Assembly: GCA_964016885.1 (NCBI GenBank)
Contig: OZ024749.1
Span: 27,094,001 to 27,158,000 of the forward strand
DNA: 64,000 bases
Source: Eledone cirrhosa
Lineage: Eukaryota
Reading direction: 5' to 3'
Under the pieces are notes generated by a model. That model was given only the letters and a program-made list of their open reading frames with translations, had not been told where the DNA came from and ran no database searches. Positions 30,150 to 45,226 of the stretch are shown one piece after another. A program made the translations under genes and the position numbers. Within the stretch, counting starts at the first letter, position 1; every line of letters begins with the position of its first letter.

Positions 30150-33100
30150 TGTTTGTAAATCGGACGTATGATGATGATGATATATATATATATAATACAG
30201 GTGTATAATGCGACAGGTAAATAAGAATATAGTCACCTCTTTTCATTTGTTTCCTTCGTTTTCTTCATATGTTCATGGACCTCAATTCTAGATTCAGGTG
30301 TAAATGCAACTTTCTCATTCCAAAACCTACAATTGCAGTCAACCATAATGTCATGTTGTGTGTTTCTAAATATCAGCGTGTGACTTACTTACTGGACCTA
30401 TACAACCTCAGTTTAAAATATATGGTACACTGTACTTTAAAGGACTTGTCTTAACCATCTAGCATGGAATAATGGCCTTAAAAATGATGATGATGATAGT
30501 GTTAAAGGACTGATGTGGTATAGAAGAGGACTTATCTAACCTATGCTAGCATGGAATTTTTTGAAAATGATTGAGAAGATGCCAAACCTCACTGACTCAC
30601 TGAGTTAGGTGGAACTAGTCAAATTGGACCAGGGAAATAATGTTTCCATTGGTCTTTCCACTGCTGATACCATCTGCCAGTTGCAACTCCTGGCAGAAAG
30701 CATGGAATGTAAAAATGGCTGTAAAAATGAGTGAAAGGAGACATGTGGTATTGGAGAGGACTGGTCTAACCCATGCTAGCATGGAATAATGACTGTAAAA
30801 ATGTTGAATGATGATGATGATTGTAAATGTTGTGTGTAAAATGGAGGTGTGAATTACCTATTGGATCTACAAAACCACAATTTAATCCTTTAGCATTTAA
30901 ACCAGGCATATCCGGCCACAATTCTCTCACCTCTTTCTGTTCAAACCAGCTATAACTGGCTGCTATTACTTATGTTAAGGTATTGTTCTCCAAATAAATA
31001 ATATCAAAATCTCATAGATTCAATATTATGTGAGATAAAGTGTTTACCATGAAAATAGAATAGTATACATAGAGTTTCTACTTTTGGCACAAGGATTACC
31101 CCAGTGCACCACTGGTACTTTATTTTATCGACCTCGTAAGGATGAAAGACAAAGTTAACCTCGGCGGATTTGAACTCAGAACGCAAAGGGCCATAATAGT
31201 ATACATAGAGTAATATACATAGAGTAATGTGAATGCTAAAGGGTTAAAATATATGGTACATTGTAAATGTATATAAAATGATGCAACTCATCTACTGGAC
31301 CTACAAAACCTCAATTTAACCCTTTCATGACCACATTTCTAATAAAATACACTCTGTTTCAATTAATTAATGAGGGATTTACTAAAATTATTAATTATTT
31401 CATTACTAAGGTAGTAAGTTAATGAAAGGTTCTTATATAAAATTATGTTGGAAGATTTAAGTTGATTTGGAAATCTTTAAAATGTGTGATTTTATTTTGT
31501 AGAATCAGAGCTGGTTTTTGCCAGGTTGGTGACTAAAGGGTTAAGTATATGGTACATTATAAATGTTGTTTGTAAAATAGAGGTGTGACTTATCTACAGG
31601 ACCTACAAAACCTCAGTTTAAAATATATGGTACATTGTAAATGTTGTATGTAAAATGGAGGTGTGACTTATTTACAAGATGATAATAATTGTTTCTACTT
31701 TAGGCACAGCACCAGCAAATTACCCAGTGCATTACTGGTACTTTATTTTATCGACCCCGTACGGATGAAAGGCAAAGTCAACCTCGGCGGGATTTGAAAT
31801 CAGATCGTAAAGGGACGTAACTATGCTGGAAAGCATGGCGTCCGAACCTCTACCGATACTGCCATAATGGTAGAGTTGGTGGTAATGTAGCATACATGCC
31901 CCCCCCCCCCACTACACACCCTACAGTTCTGCAGTCAACTGGAGACCTTGGACATCACACCCCAGTAGTCAACTGGTGGGGTGACAGTGGTACTGTAACT
32001 CACGCCCCACCCCCTCAGTACAGTAGTCAACTGGTGGAGACCATGTACACCACCCCACCTGCACCACACTCCCAGCTCCATCCCACCCCCTCAGTACAAT
32101 AGTCAACTGGTGGGGTAACAGTGGTGTTGTAACACACTCCCCACCCCACACTACCCCCTCAGTACAATAGTCAACTGGTGGGGTAACAGTGGTGTTGTAA
32201 CACACTCCCCACCCCACACTACCCCTCAGTACAATAGTCAACTGGTGGGGTAACAGTGGTGTTGTAACACACTCCCCACCCCACACTACCCCCTCAGTAC
32301 AATAGTCAACTGGTGGGGTAACAGTGGTGTTGTAACACACTCCCCACCCCACACTACCCCCTCAGTACAATAGTCAACTGGTGGGGTAACAGTGGTGTTG
32401 TAACACACTCCCCACCCCACACTACCCCCTCAGTACAATAGTCAACTGGTGGGGTAACAGTGGTGTTGTAACACACTCCCCACCCCACACTACCCCTCAG
32501 TACAATAGTCAACTGGTGGGGTAACAGTGGTGTTGTAACACACTCCCCACCCCACACTACCCCCTCAGTACAATAGTCAACTGGTGGGGTAACAGTGGTG
32601 TTGTAACACACTCCCCACCCCACACTACCCCCTCAGTACAATAGTCAACTGGTGGGGTAACAGTGGTGTTGTAACACACTCCCCACCCCACACTACCCCT
32701 CAGTACAATAGTCAACTGGTGGGGTAACAGTGGTGTTGTAACACACTCCCCACCCCACACTACCCCCTCAGTACAATAGTCAACTGGTGGGGTAACAGTG
32801 GTGTTGTAACACACTCCCCACCCCACACTACCCCCTCAGTACAATAGTCAACTGGTGGGGTAACAGTGGTGTTGTAACACACTCCCCACCCCACACTACC
32901 CCTCAGTACAATAGTCAACTGGTGGGGTAACAGTGGTGTTGTAACACACTCCCCACCCCACACTACCCCCTCAGTACAATAGTCAACTGGTGGGGTAACA
33001 GTGGTGTTGTAACACACTCCCCACCCCACACTACCCCCTCAGTACAATAGTCAACTGGTGGGGTAACAGTGGTGTTGTAACACACTCCCCACCCCACACT

Positions 33101-34091
33101 ACCCCCTCAGTACAATAGTCAACTGGTGGGGTAACAGTGCTGTTGTAACACACTCCCCACCCCACCCACCCTCAGTTCAGTAGTCAACTGATGGAGACCA
33201 TAGACACCACACCACATGCACCCCTCCACCCAAGTACTCAACTGGTGGGGTGACAGTGGTACTGTAACAACTCCACACCTCCTCTATACAGTAGTCAACT
33301 ACAATGTAACTACAAGTTTCACACCAAACCTGTCAGTCTTCCACTTACTCTTTCTCCAGATCTTCCTCAGGTTTGCCATCCTTGTCTACCTGTACATCAT
33401 CAGGCGATGGTTCACACCTGAAAAGATATACATCATCATCATTAGCATCGTTTAATCCTTTAGCATTTACATTACTCTATATTTACTATTATATTTTCAC
33501 AGTAAACTCTTTATCTCACATAATATCAAATCTATGAGATTTTGATATTATTTATTTTGAGAACAATACCTTAACATCAGTATCAGTGTCCAATTACGGC
33601 CGGTTTGAACAGAAAGAGGTGAGAAAATTCTGGTCAGATACGGCTGGTTTAAATGCTAAAGGGTTAACATCAGTATGAGCAGCCGGTTACAGCCAGTTTG
33701 AACAGAAAGAGGTGAGAGAATTCTGGCCAGATATGGTTGGTTTGAATGCTAAAGAGTTAACGTCTGCTTTCCCTGCTAGCAAGGGTTGGACAGGTCTACA
33801 TAGACAAAGGCATGTGCAAGTGAAATGATTTTTACACATTTTATCTATTATCTTGATAATGGTGACCTTCAGTGAATCTTTGGTATTAGTTTCCCTTTCA
33901 ACAATACTTCACATGTAGTAATCCATGAGATTTAAATCTTGTGAACTTCAAGGCCACATGTTGGATGTCATATGATCATGAAGATTGTCCAGGTTGTACC
34001 ATTCATGGGTCACATGAGTTTGACAAGAGATATGAGAACTCTCAAGTCATCAGCTGTCAAAAATGGATGTACCCAGTCTTGACATCTGCCG

Positions 34092-34138
<47 letters not shown>

Positions 34139-34379
34139 ATATACATATACATATATATATATACATATACATATATATATATATATATATATATTTAGAA
34201 CTAAAAGGAAAGCACAAACAAGGGACAGGTTCCCTCTTCAGTTGTCTGCTGGGGGTCTCGGACATTTTAACGCATTCCCCAGCAGACAACTGAAGAGGGT
34301 ACCTGTCCCTTGTTTGTGCTTTCCTTTCATTTCTAAATACACTTTATCAAGTAACCACACAGCCCCTTGTTCCTTCTAA

Positions 34380-34425
<46 letters not shown>

Positions 34426-37264
34426 GGTGACCTCAAAAACACTCCTTGATTTCAAATACTTATAATATGAAAACTTAAGTGAATATTCTTACAATATTGG
34501 TGGCTACAGTTGCATAAATTAACAAAGTTTCAACAGCAACAACAACTACAACTACAACAACAATTTTAACTACAACTACACAAGCCAGACATAATTACCT
34601 TGTTTTAGTGGAATCACCATCGTTATTATCTCCGTTTGTTGATGTTGTGGTGTTCATCCTGTTTTTCTTGGCACATATTTCTTCCTTTTGTGCTTTCTGT
34701 TGAAAGACAAATCAGTGTATCATCACCATCATCACCAACACCACCACCACTATCATCATCATCATCATCATCATCACCATCATCACCACTATCATCATCA
34801 CCATCATCCCCACCACCACCACCACCATCATCACTATCATCATCACCATTATCACTATCATCACTATCATCATCATCATCACCACCACCATCATCACTAT
34901 CCTTATCATCATCACCACCACCATCATCCCTATCATCATCGTTAACATTCTTCGTCCAACTCAAGTCACTCTCTTCAAAGCCACTTCCATGACCCAACGT
35001 TTCATCTCCCATGGTGGGATGACCCCTCTCCCTCTTCTTTCTCGAAAAGCAACATGTAGCCTGCCCTCCCTCCAATGAAAAGCACTCAGTCCACCTATTA
35101 AGGTGGTAGTGCTGATGTCATAACAAAAAACGCCCAGTCCACCTTGTAAGTGGTAGTGCTTGTGCCATGACAAAAAGCACCCAGTCCACCTTGTAAGGCG
35201 GTAGTGCTGTAAGGTGCTGATGCCACAACAAAAAACACCTAGTCAACCTTGCAAAATGGTAGTGCTGGTGCCATGACAAAAAAACACCCAGTCCACCTTG
35301 TAAGGTGGTAGTGCTAATGCCACGACAAAAAACACCCAGTCCTCCTTGTAAAATGGTAGTGTTGGTGTCATAACAAAAAAAACATCCAGTCTTCCCTATA
35401 AGGCTGTTGTGCTGGTGTCATAATAAAATTCTTCCAGTACACACAATGTAAAGTTGTTGGCATTAGGAAGGACATCCAGCCACAAAAACCACCTAGTGTC
35501 AGGATGTGACAAGCTATCTAACCCATGCAAGCATGGTAAAAACACATGAAACAGAGATGATATAAATATGTCTAAATAATCAACTCCATTTTGAGAAAAA
35601 GTAAAGCAAGATGGAGTTTGGAGCCAAGCTGCTAAAGGCCAGATTGTGTGTGTTGTACGAGGGTGGGCGGAAAAGTTCATAGGCTGACTATGAAGGAATG
35701 ATGCTAGAGCTATGAAATCTTGCATGCATTAATTTCAACTCTACTTATTAATAACAGCATTCTTTCTTTCATGAGACTATGTTGAAAAATAAATCTCATT
35801 TTGTCATTCCATGAGAATATCTTGGGCAGCCTATAAACTTTTTAGCCTATGACTTTTTAGGCTCTTGGACAGCCTATGAAGGAGCGATGCTAGAGCTGTG
35901 AAATCTTGCACTGAATTAATTTCAACTCTTCTTATTAATAACTGCATTGTTTCTTTCCAGGGACTATGTTGAATAATTAACCACATTTGGTCATTCCATG
36001 AGAATATCTTGGACAGCCTATAAACCTTTTAGCCTGTGACTTTTTCAGCCAACCCTCGTATATCTAGGACTACATTATCCAGTGTGTCCTCCCTCTCTTA
36101 AAGCAGGCAATCATGTTGAAAACAACTTTTTACCATCCAAGTACAAAAATATAAATAAACTCACTCTTTTCTGTAAATATTCTTCTTGCTGTCTCAAGAT
36201 TTTCTCTTCTGTAGCTTTGAAGTTCTGCAATAATTTCATATAAAGGATGAGGTTAAAGATCCCATGACTCCCTGTGGAGTCGTAGAGGCACCATCAAACG
36301 ATGTGTCTAAGGCACTTTTAAACCTGGCGGAGCCCAACCCTCTCCATGTCTGAACACAGATGATTTTTTTTCTATAGAGGATGAATTGACCCTAGTACTG
36401 CACTGGTACTTTTTTTATCGACCTCGAAAAGGATGAAAGGCAAAGTTGACCACGGCGGGATTTGAACTCATAGCACGCAATGATAGGGGACGAATACAGT
36501 AAAGCATTCTATCCAACGTCTTAACAACTCCTAAATTTGCCGCCTAATTTCATATATTATATATATATATCTTTAGAGAGAGAGAGAGGCTGCAGGGCTG
36601 AGAGTTGGGAGACCACTAATCATGGGAGTACTCAATGCATGGGGAGATACAGAGTGGGTATAGAGATAGGTAAGATCCCAAACACAGCTCCAAGGGAGAT
36701 TAATTTTTGTTTTTCAGACCATAAGCCCACATTTAATTTACTTTGGTGTCGTGTTCCTTTATATCCTGTTCCCCCACCCCAGCACACCTGCACCTTCTGT
36801 AATTAATTTAAGAGTTTTCTTGCTTCACCTTTCAGCTTATTCGTCTGAGGTAACCTTCTATGTTCTCGTCCTCTTTCCTGCTAATTTAACGATTACACTT
36901 CACCTTATTATTATTCTCTGGGCTGTGACGTGTCTATTTTGCTTGGTTACCCACCCTTCGCCCTGTCTAATTCCAAACAGCTGCCGTGATAATTTTCCCA
37001 GTGGCTGGGATATATTCTGAGTATTGAAGTAACCATCCTTAAAATATGGAAGACTTAAATTTCCTTTGATATCTGTGATATCCTTGGATTTTCATGCTTA
37101 GAACTGATGGCTGAAGATTGGAAATTATATACATACATGCATAATGATACAGTTAAAGTTAATTTGATTTATCTCAACAAAACAGAAAAGGCATTGGCTG
37201 GGTGCCAATATGTTGTGAGGAGGGAGGGAGGGACAAAGAGAGAGAAATTGTAGGACACAGAGTG

Positions 37265-37313
<49 letters not shown>

Positions 37314-39983
37314 TTTATGGAGGCACATGGCTTAGTGGTTAGAGCATTGGCCTTGCAATCAAAAGGTTGTGAGTTCAATTCTCAGACCGGATGATGTGTT
37401 GTTTCCTTGAGCAAGACACTTTATTTCACATTGCTCCAGTATACTCAGTATACCTGCTTGCAAGGGTGGGACGGGAACTGATTCTGGCTTGATTTCTACA
37501 GCTGGATGCCCTTCCTAACACCAACCTCATTTACAGTGAGTGCTGGGTGCTTTTTTGCCGTGGCACCTCCACGACCACTTTGCAGTGGAATGATATGGGG
37601 CCCCAGTCCCTATCATCTCATTTCTACAGCTGAGCAAACTGGAGCAATGTGAAATAAAGTGTCTTGCTCAAGGAAACTACACATCACCCGGTCTGAGAAT
37701 TGAACTCACAACCTTTTGATTGCAAGGCCAATGCTCTAACCACTAAGCCATGTGCCTCCATATACACATATATATATATATATATATGTAGATAAATCTA
37801 CCAAGAGTTTACGGTAGTGTCCAATCCGTATGAAGAACTCAATGTAATCCGGATATCATGGAAAGAAGAGATGCAATGAAAAATCACTTTCGGTGAAAGA
37901 TAAACGGAATACAGAGTCAAGATAAAATATTAAAAAAATAATGAATAAAACAATGAAACAGTTCCTTATATTAAACAAAAAAAGTTCATTATTTAACGAT
38001 CGTTTCTAGGATATATATGTGTTAGAATTGGCATGCATATTCAACAGATCTATGTACAAAATTATACAAAATTATACAAACTATCAAAATTAAATATACA
38101 TACCAACACATATATATGCCGTCTTCAGAAATAATGAAATATATTTATTGATAATAACAACAATTCAAAATTACAGGTCTGTTTGGGAACAGAGTTCAAA
38201 TTGACCAATGAAAACACAAAAAGTTTATACAGTTAGGTGTATGTATATATGTAAGTAACTTCGTTCACAGATATGCATAAAAATATATATATGTTCACAT
38301 GCATGCGCATGCCGAAAAGATGTATGTAAATACAAAAATTCAGGGCTAATGTCTCTGTATGTTTATAATCTACAGATAAAATACGTATACGCATATAAAC
38401 ACATAAATATAAAAATAAATATATACACATTCATATACTCACACATATACATACATTCACACACACACGCGCGTATACGCATAAACATACACACAATCAC
38501 GAACATACATACACACACACACCCCCACACACATATATGTGTATATACTATTATCATAAGTATATGGACATTAATGCGCGCACATAAACACTGCCACACA
38601 TATTTAGATCCAGATACAGAAAGTAGGTAGGGGGGGAAGAGGTCAGTATTTACTGGTGTCAGCAAACTGTCCGCGCATTGCCTGGAGACTTAACTGAGAA
38701 TAGACTTCCTGATGACGCAATGAATTCTCGACAGTTGGATTACGTAACTGTCTTTATCCCATTGCAGAAACTAATTAGTTGGAGTGAAAATTTAAGTAAG
38801 AAAAAAATTTTTTTTAAATTTTTTTAAAAAAATATTTTCTTATTTTACGTCCTTTATATTATTGTTCTGCATTCTCCTGCATTGAACCACCTAGGTACTA
38901 TGACATAACCTGTGTATTTGCTGGCATGGGCGTGCATCTGTGCGCTTATGTTAGTTGATATATTAAATTATCTATATTTATCTCCAAATCACTGATTTGT
39001 CGAGCAAACTTGTCAAAACCACTTCTAAAAAAATTTTTTTTTTTTTGGGGTGTTAGTAGGCGTCAGTCATCTTACCATCCCATTCCTTCTAACTAGCCTC
39101 TGTGTCACGTGATTGATTCTTTAGAATCGGCCATTTGACTTGAAGCAGTGAGAATTTCGGTACATAGAATCCAGTCCTCGCAAGCTGTTCGATCTACCGA
39201 ATTATTATTATTTTTATATGAGCCGCCAGTGTCCGCGCATTGCCTGGAGACTTAACTGAGAATAGACTTCCTGATGACGCAATGAATTCTCGACAGTTGG
39301 ATTACGTAACTGTCTTTATCCCATTGCAGAAACTAATTAGTTGGAGTGAAAATTTAAGTAAGAAAAAAATTTTTTTTAAATTTTTTTTAAAAAAATATTT
39401 TCTTATTTTACGTCCTTTATATTATTGTTCTGCATTCTCCTGCATTGAACCACCTAGGTACTATGACATAACCTGTGTATTTGCTGGCATGGGCGTGCAT
39501 CTGTGCGCTTATGTTAGTTGATATATTAAATTATCTATATTTATCTCCAAATCACTGATTTGTCGAGCAAACTTGTCAAAACCACTTCTAAAAAAATTTT
39601 TTTTTTTTTTTTTTTTGGGGTGTTAGTAGGCGTCAGTCATCTTACCATCCCATTCCTTCTAACTAGCCTCTGTGTCACGTGATTGATTCTTTAGAATCGG
39701 CCATTTGACTTGAAGCAGTGAGAATTTCGGTACATAGAATCCAGTCCTCGCAAGCTGTTCGATCTACCGAATTATTATTATTTTTATATGAGCCGCCAGT
39801 GTCCGCGCATTGCCTGGAGACTTAACTGAGAATAGACTTCCTGATGACGCAATGAATTCTCGACAGTTGGATTACGTAACTGTCTTTATCCCATTGCAGA
39901 AACTAATTAGTTGGAGTGAAAATTTAAGTAAGAAAAAAATTTTTTTAAAATTTTTTTAAAAAAATATTTTCTTATTTTACGTC

Positions 39984-40027
<44 letters not shown>

Positions 40028-40095
40028 ACACATACACATACACACATACAAAGATATATATATATATATATATATACACACGCACATATAATATA

Positions 40096-40158
<63 letters not shown>

Positions 40159-40454
40159 TATATATACACACATACATACATATACATACTCATACATAGA
40201 CATACATATGTATACACACACACATACACACATGCATATACGCATATATACACATACATACACATCCATGTATGCGTATACACATACAAACACAACCACA
40301 CGCTCACACAACTCAGACATACATAAATAAAGGGATATACATACACATATATACATATATAAATAGAGATACATATACACATATAAATATATACACACAT
40401 ACACACACACACACATATACATACATACACACATACATATATATAAACACACAT

Positions 40455-40519
<65 letters not shown>

Positions 40520-40619
40520 TATATAAAAATAAAGAAATAAAAGAAATAAATAAATAAATTAATTAATACACACAGTCAGACAAATATGTACACACATACA
40601 TGTACACATACATATACAT

Positions 40620-40676
<57 letters not shown>

Positions 40677-43313
40677 CATATACATACATATATATATACA
40701 CATACACACATCAACTACAAATATATATATATATATATATATATATGGAAAGTTATATTTAAATTGTTGGGTTACAACTAGTAAATATTTATAACTGATA
40801 TAAAAGCACTCAACAAGTATTTGGAGTATATTTACGATACTAAATAAATGGAAACTACATCTACAAAACCATATCTATCTCATCATACATACCTCAGGGA
40901 CATCACACCAACAATATGCTGTGTGATGTCCCTGAGGTATGTATGATGAGATAGATATGGTTTTGTAGATGTAGTTTCCATTTATTTAGTATCGTAAATA
41001 TACTCCAAATACTTGTTGAGTGCTTTTATATCAGTTATAAATATTTACTAGTTGTAACCCAACAATTTAAATATAATTAAGTTAAAAATGTACATCCACA
41101 TATGTATACTGAAATACTAGTATGCATATGAATACACACACGTATACATATGTAGATGTACCGAGTTTTTCACTGGTCACTTTACTGTGAGTGTCCAGCT
41201 ATTCTGTATGTAAACACACAGACAAACCGGTTTTTAGAGTCATACTGGTTTTTGAGGAAACACCTTTCCTCTATTCTCCAGAAAGCCAGACAAGGAATAT
41301 TGAACTAGTTTCGATGTTGTTACATCTCATCAGCAATATTTACCTATCTTCCGGCCTCTCTAGAGAATCGTAAAAGCACATATCGTTATATGCTTTTTCT
41401 ATGAAAATTAGTAGTGGGCAGACTAATTTGCATAGAGCGTGAGTACGTACCGGTTCAACGGAGACGATAAAAACAAATAACGAAACAAAATTAAATTTCG
41501 TTTCGTTTGTAACTCACTTTTGTATGACTGACGCTTAAACAATTAAGTTAAAAATGTACATCCACATATGTATACTGAAATACTAGTATGCATATGAATA
41601 CACACACGTATACATATGTAGATGTACCGAGTTTTTCACTGGTCACTTTACTGTGAGTGTCCAGCTATTCTGTATGTAAACACACAGACAAACCGGTTTT
41701 TAGAGTCATACTGGTTTTTGAGGAAACACCTTTCCTCTATTCTCCAGAAAGCCAGACAAGGAATATTGAACTAGTTTCGATGTTGTTACATCTCATCAGC
41801 AATATTTACCTATCTTCCGGCCTCTCTAGAGAATCGTAAAAGCACATATCGTTATATGCTTTTTCTATGAAAATTAGTAGTGGGCAGACTAATTTGCATA
41901 GAGCGTGAGTACGTACCGGTTCAACGGAGACGATAAAAACAAATAACGAAACAAAATTAAATTTCGTTTCGTTTGTAACTCACTTTTGTATGACTGACGC
42001 TTAAACAATTAAGTTAAAAATGTACATCCACATATGTATACTGAAATACTAGTATGCATATGAATACACACACGTATACATATCTAGATTTACCGAGTTT
42101 TTCACAGAATAGCTGGACACTCACAGTAAAGTGACCAGTGAAAAACTCGGTACATCTACATATGTATACGTGTGTGTATTCATATGCATACTAGTATTTC
42201 AGTATACATATGTGGATGTACATTTTTAACTTAATTGTTTAAGCGTCAGTCATACAAAAGTGAGTTACAAACGAAACGAAATTTAATTTCGTTTCGTTAT
42301 TTGTTTTTATCGTCTCCGTTGAACCGGTACGTACTCACGCTCTATGCAAATTAGTCTGCCCACTACTAATTTTCATAGAAAAAGCATATAACGATATGTG
42401 CTTTTACAATTCTCTAGAGAGGCCGGAAGATAGGTAAATATTGCTGATGAGATGTAACAACATCGAAACTAGTTCAATATTCCTTGTCTGGCTTTCTGGA
42501 GAATAGAGGAAAGGTGTTTCCTCAAAAACCAGTATGACTCTAAAAACCGGTTTGTCTGTGTGTTTACATACAGAATAGCTGGACACTCACAGTAAAGTGA
42601 CCAGTGAAAAACTCGGTACATCTACATATGTATACGTGTGTGTATTCATATGCATACTAGTATTTCAGTATACATATGTGGATGTACATTTTTAACTTAA
42701 TTGTTTAAGCGTCAGTCATACAAAAGTGAGTTACAAACGAAACGAAATTTAATTTCATTTCGTTATTTGTTTTTATCGTCTCCGTTGAACCGGTACGTAC
42801 TCACGCTCTATGCAAATTAGTCTGCCCACTACTAATTTTCATAGAAAAAGCATATAACGATATGTGCTTTTACGATTCTCTAGAGAGGCCGGAAGATAGG
42901 TAAATATTGCTGATGAGATGTAACAACATCGAAACTAGTTCAATATTCCTTGTCTGGCTTTCTGGAGAATAGAGGAAAGGTGTTTCCTCAAAAACCAGTA
43001 TGACTCTAAAAACCGGTTTGTCTGTGTGTTTACATACAGAATAGCTGGACACTCACAGTAAAGTGACCAGTGAAAAACTCGGTACATCTACATATGTATA
43101 TGTGTGTGTATTCATATGCATACTAGTATTTCAGTATACATATGTGGATGTACATTTTTAACTTAATTGTTTAAGCGTCAGTCATACAAAAGTGAGTTAC
43201 AAACGAAACGAAATTTAATTTCGTTTCGTTATTTGTTTTTAATTTAAATATAACTTTCCATATATATATTTGTAGTTGATGTGTGTATGTGTATATATAT
43301 ATGTATGTATATG

Positions 43314-43378
<65 letters not shown>

Positions 43379-43491
43379 ATGTATATGTATGTGTACATGT
43401 ATGTGTGTACATATTTGTCTGACTGTGTGTATTAATTAATTTATTTATTTATTTCTTTTATTTCTTTATTTTTATATATATATGTATATAT

Positions 43492-43542
<51 letters not shown>

Positions 43543-43830
43543 ATGTGTGTGTATATATATGTATGTGTGTATGTATGTGTATGTATATGTGTGTGTGTGT
43601 GTGTGTGTATATATTTATATGTGTATATGTATCTCTATTTATATATGTATATCCCTTTATTTATGTATGTCTGAGTTGTGTGAGCGTGTGGTTGTGTTTG
43701 TATGTGTATACGCATACATGGATGTGTATGTATGTGTATATATGAGTATATGTATGTGTGTATGTGTGTGTGTATATATATGTATGTCTATGTATGAGTA
43801 TGTATATGTATGTATGTGTGTATATATATA

Positions 43831-43893
<63 letters not shown>

Positions 43894-43962
43894 TATATTA
43901 TATGTGCGTGTGTATATATATATATATCTTTGTATGTGTGTATGTGTATGTGTGTGTATGTA

Positions 43963-44018
<56 letters not shown>

Positions 44019-44078
44019 GGTATGTATGTGTATGTGTGTATATACATGAGTGTGTTTATATATGTGTATAGATATATG

Positions 44079-44139
<61 letters not shown>

Positions 44140-44346
44140 ATGTGTGTTGTGAATGTATATATGTATGTGTCTCTATATGTATGCGTGTGTGTATGTGTAT
44201 GTGTATTTATATGGTGTGTGTATGTATATGTATGTGTATGTATGTGTTTATGTATATGTGTATGTATATGTATGTATATATATGTATATATATATATATG
44301 TATATGTATGTATATCGATGTATATTTTATATTTTACTTGTTTATA

Positions 44347-44419
<73 letters not shown>

Positions 44420-45226
44420 TTTCTTAATATTTTTCTTTTTTCTTTTTCTTTTTATTTCTAAATTTATAGATACATTTATAAATAGGCAGTTTGCTGACAC
44501 CAGTAAATACTGACCTCTTCCCCCCCCCCTACCTACTTTCTGTATCTGGATCTAAATATGTGTGGCAGTGTTTATGTGCGCGCATTAATGTCCATATGCT
44601 TATGATAATAGTATATACACATATGTGTGTGGGGGTGTGTGTGTGTATGTATGTTCGTGATTGTGTGTATGTTTATGCGTATACGCGCGTGTGTGTGTGA
44701 ATGTATGTATATGTGTGAGTATATGAATGTGTATATATTTATTTTTATATTTATGTGTTTATATGCGTATACGTATTTTATCTGTAGATTATAAACATAC
44801 AGAGACATTAGCCCTGAATTTTTGTATTTACATACATCTTTTCGGCATGCGCATGCATGTGAACATATATATATTTTTATGCATATCTGTGAACGAAGTT
44901 ACTTACATATATACATACACCTAACTGTATAAACTTTTTGTGTTTTCATTGGTCAATTTGAACTCTGTTCCCAAACAGACCTGTAATTTTGAATTGTTGT
45001 TATTATCAATAAATATATTTCATTATTTCTGAAGACGGCATATATATGTGTTGGTATGTATATTTAATTTTGATAGTTTGTATAATTTTGTATAATTTTG
45101 TACATAGATCTGTTGAATATGCATGCCAATTCTAACACATATATATCCTAGAAACGATCGTTAAATAATGAACTTTTTTTGTTTAATATAAGGAACTGTT
45201 TCATTGTTTTATTCATTATTTTTTTA

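Larger units (their letters stand above)
38668..39988 (+). repeat. Tandem array of 562/570-bp units (~2.3 copies), one hammerhead per unit
   Basis: Units start tgtccgcgcattgcc at 38668, 39230 and 39800; near-identical except for poly-T length. Confidence 0.92.
41075..43240. repeat. 466-bp tandem units as two inverted arrays (~2.2 + ~2.4 copies), one hammerhead per full unit
   Basis: An identical 60-aa pseudo-ORF recurs at 41191 and 41657 (+) and at 42586 and 43052 (-); inversion point ~42105. Confidence 0.93.

Noticed and set aside
41191-41373. 60-aa ORF repeated four times
   Set aside because: GTG start, no recognisable homology, and antisense to the hammerhead; it recurs only because the 466-bp unit is repeated.
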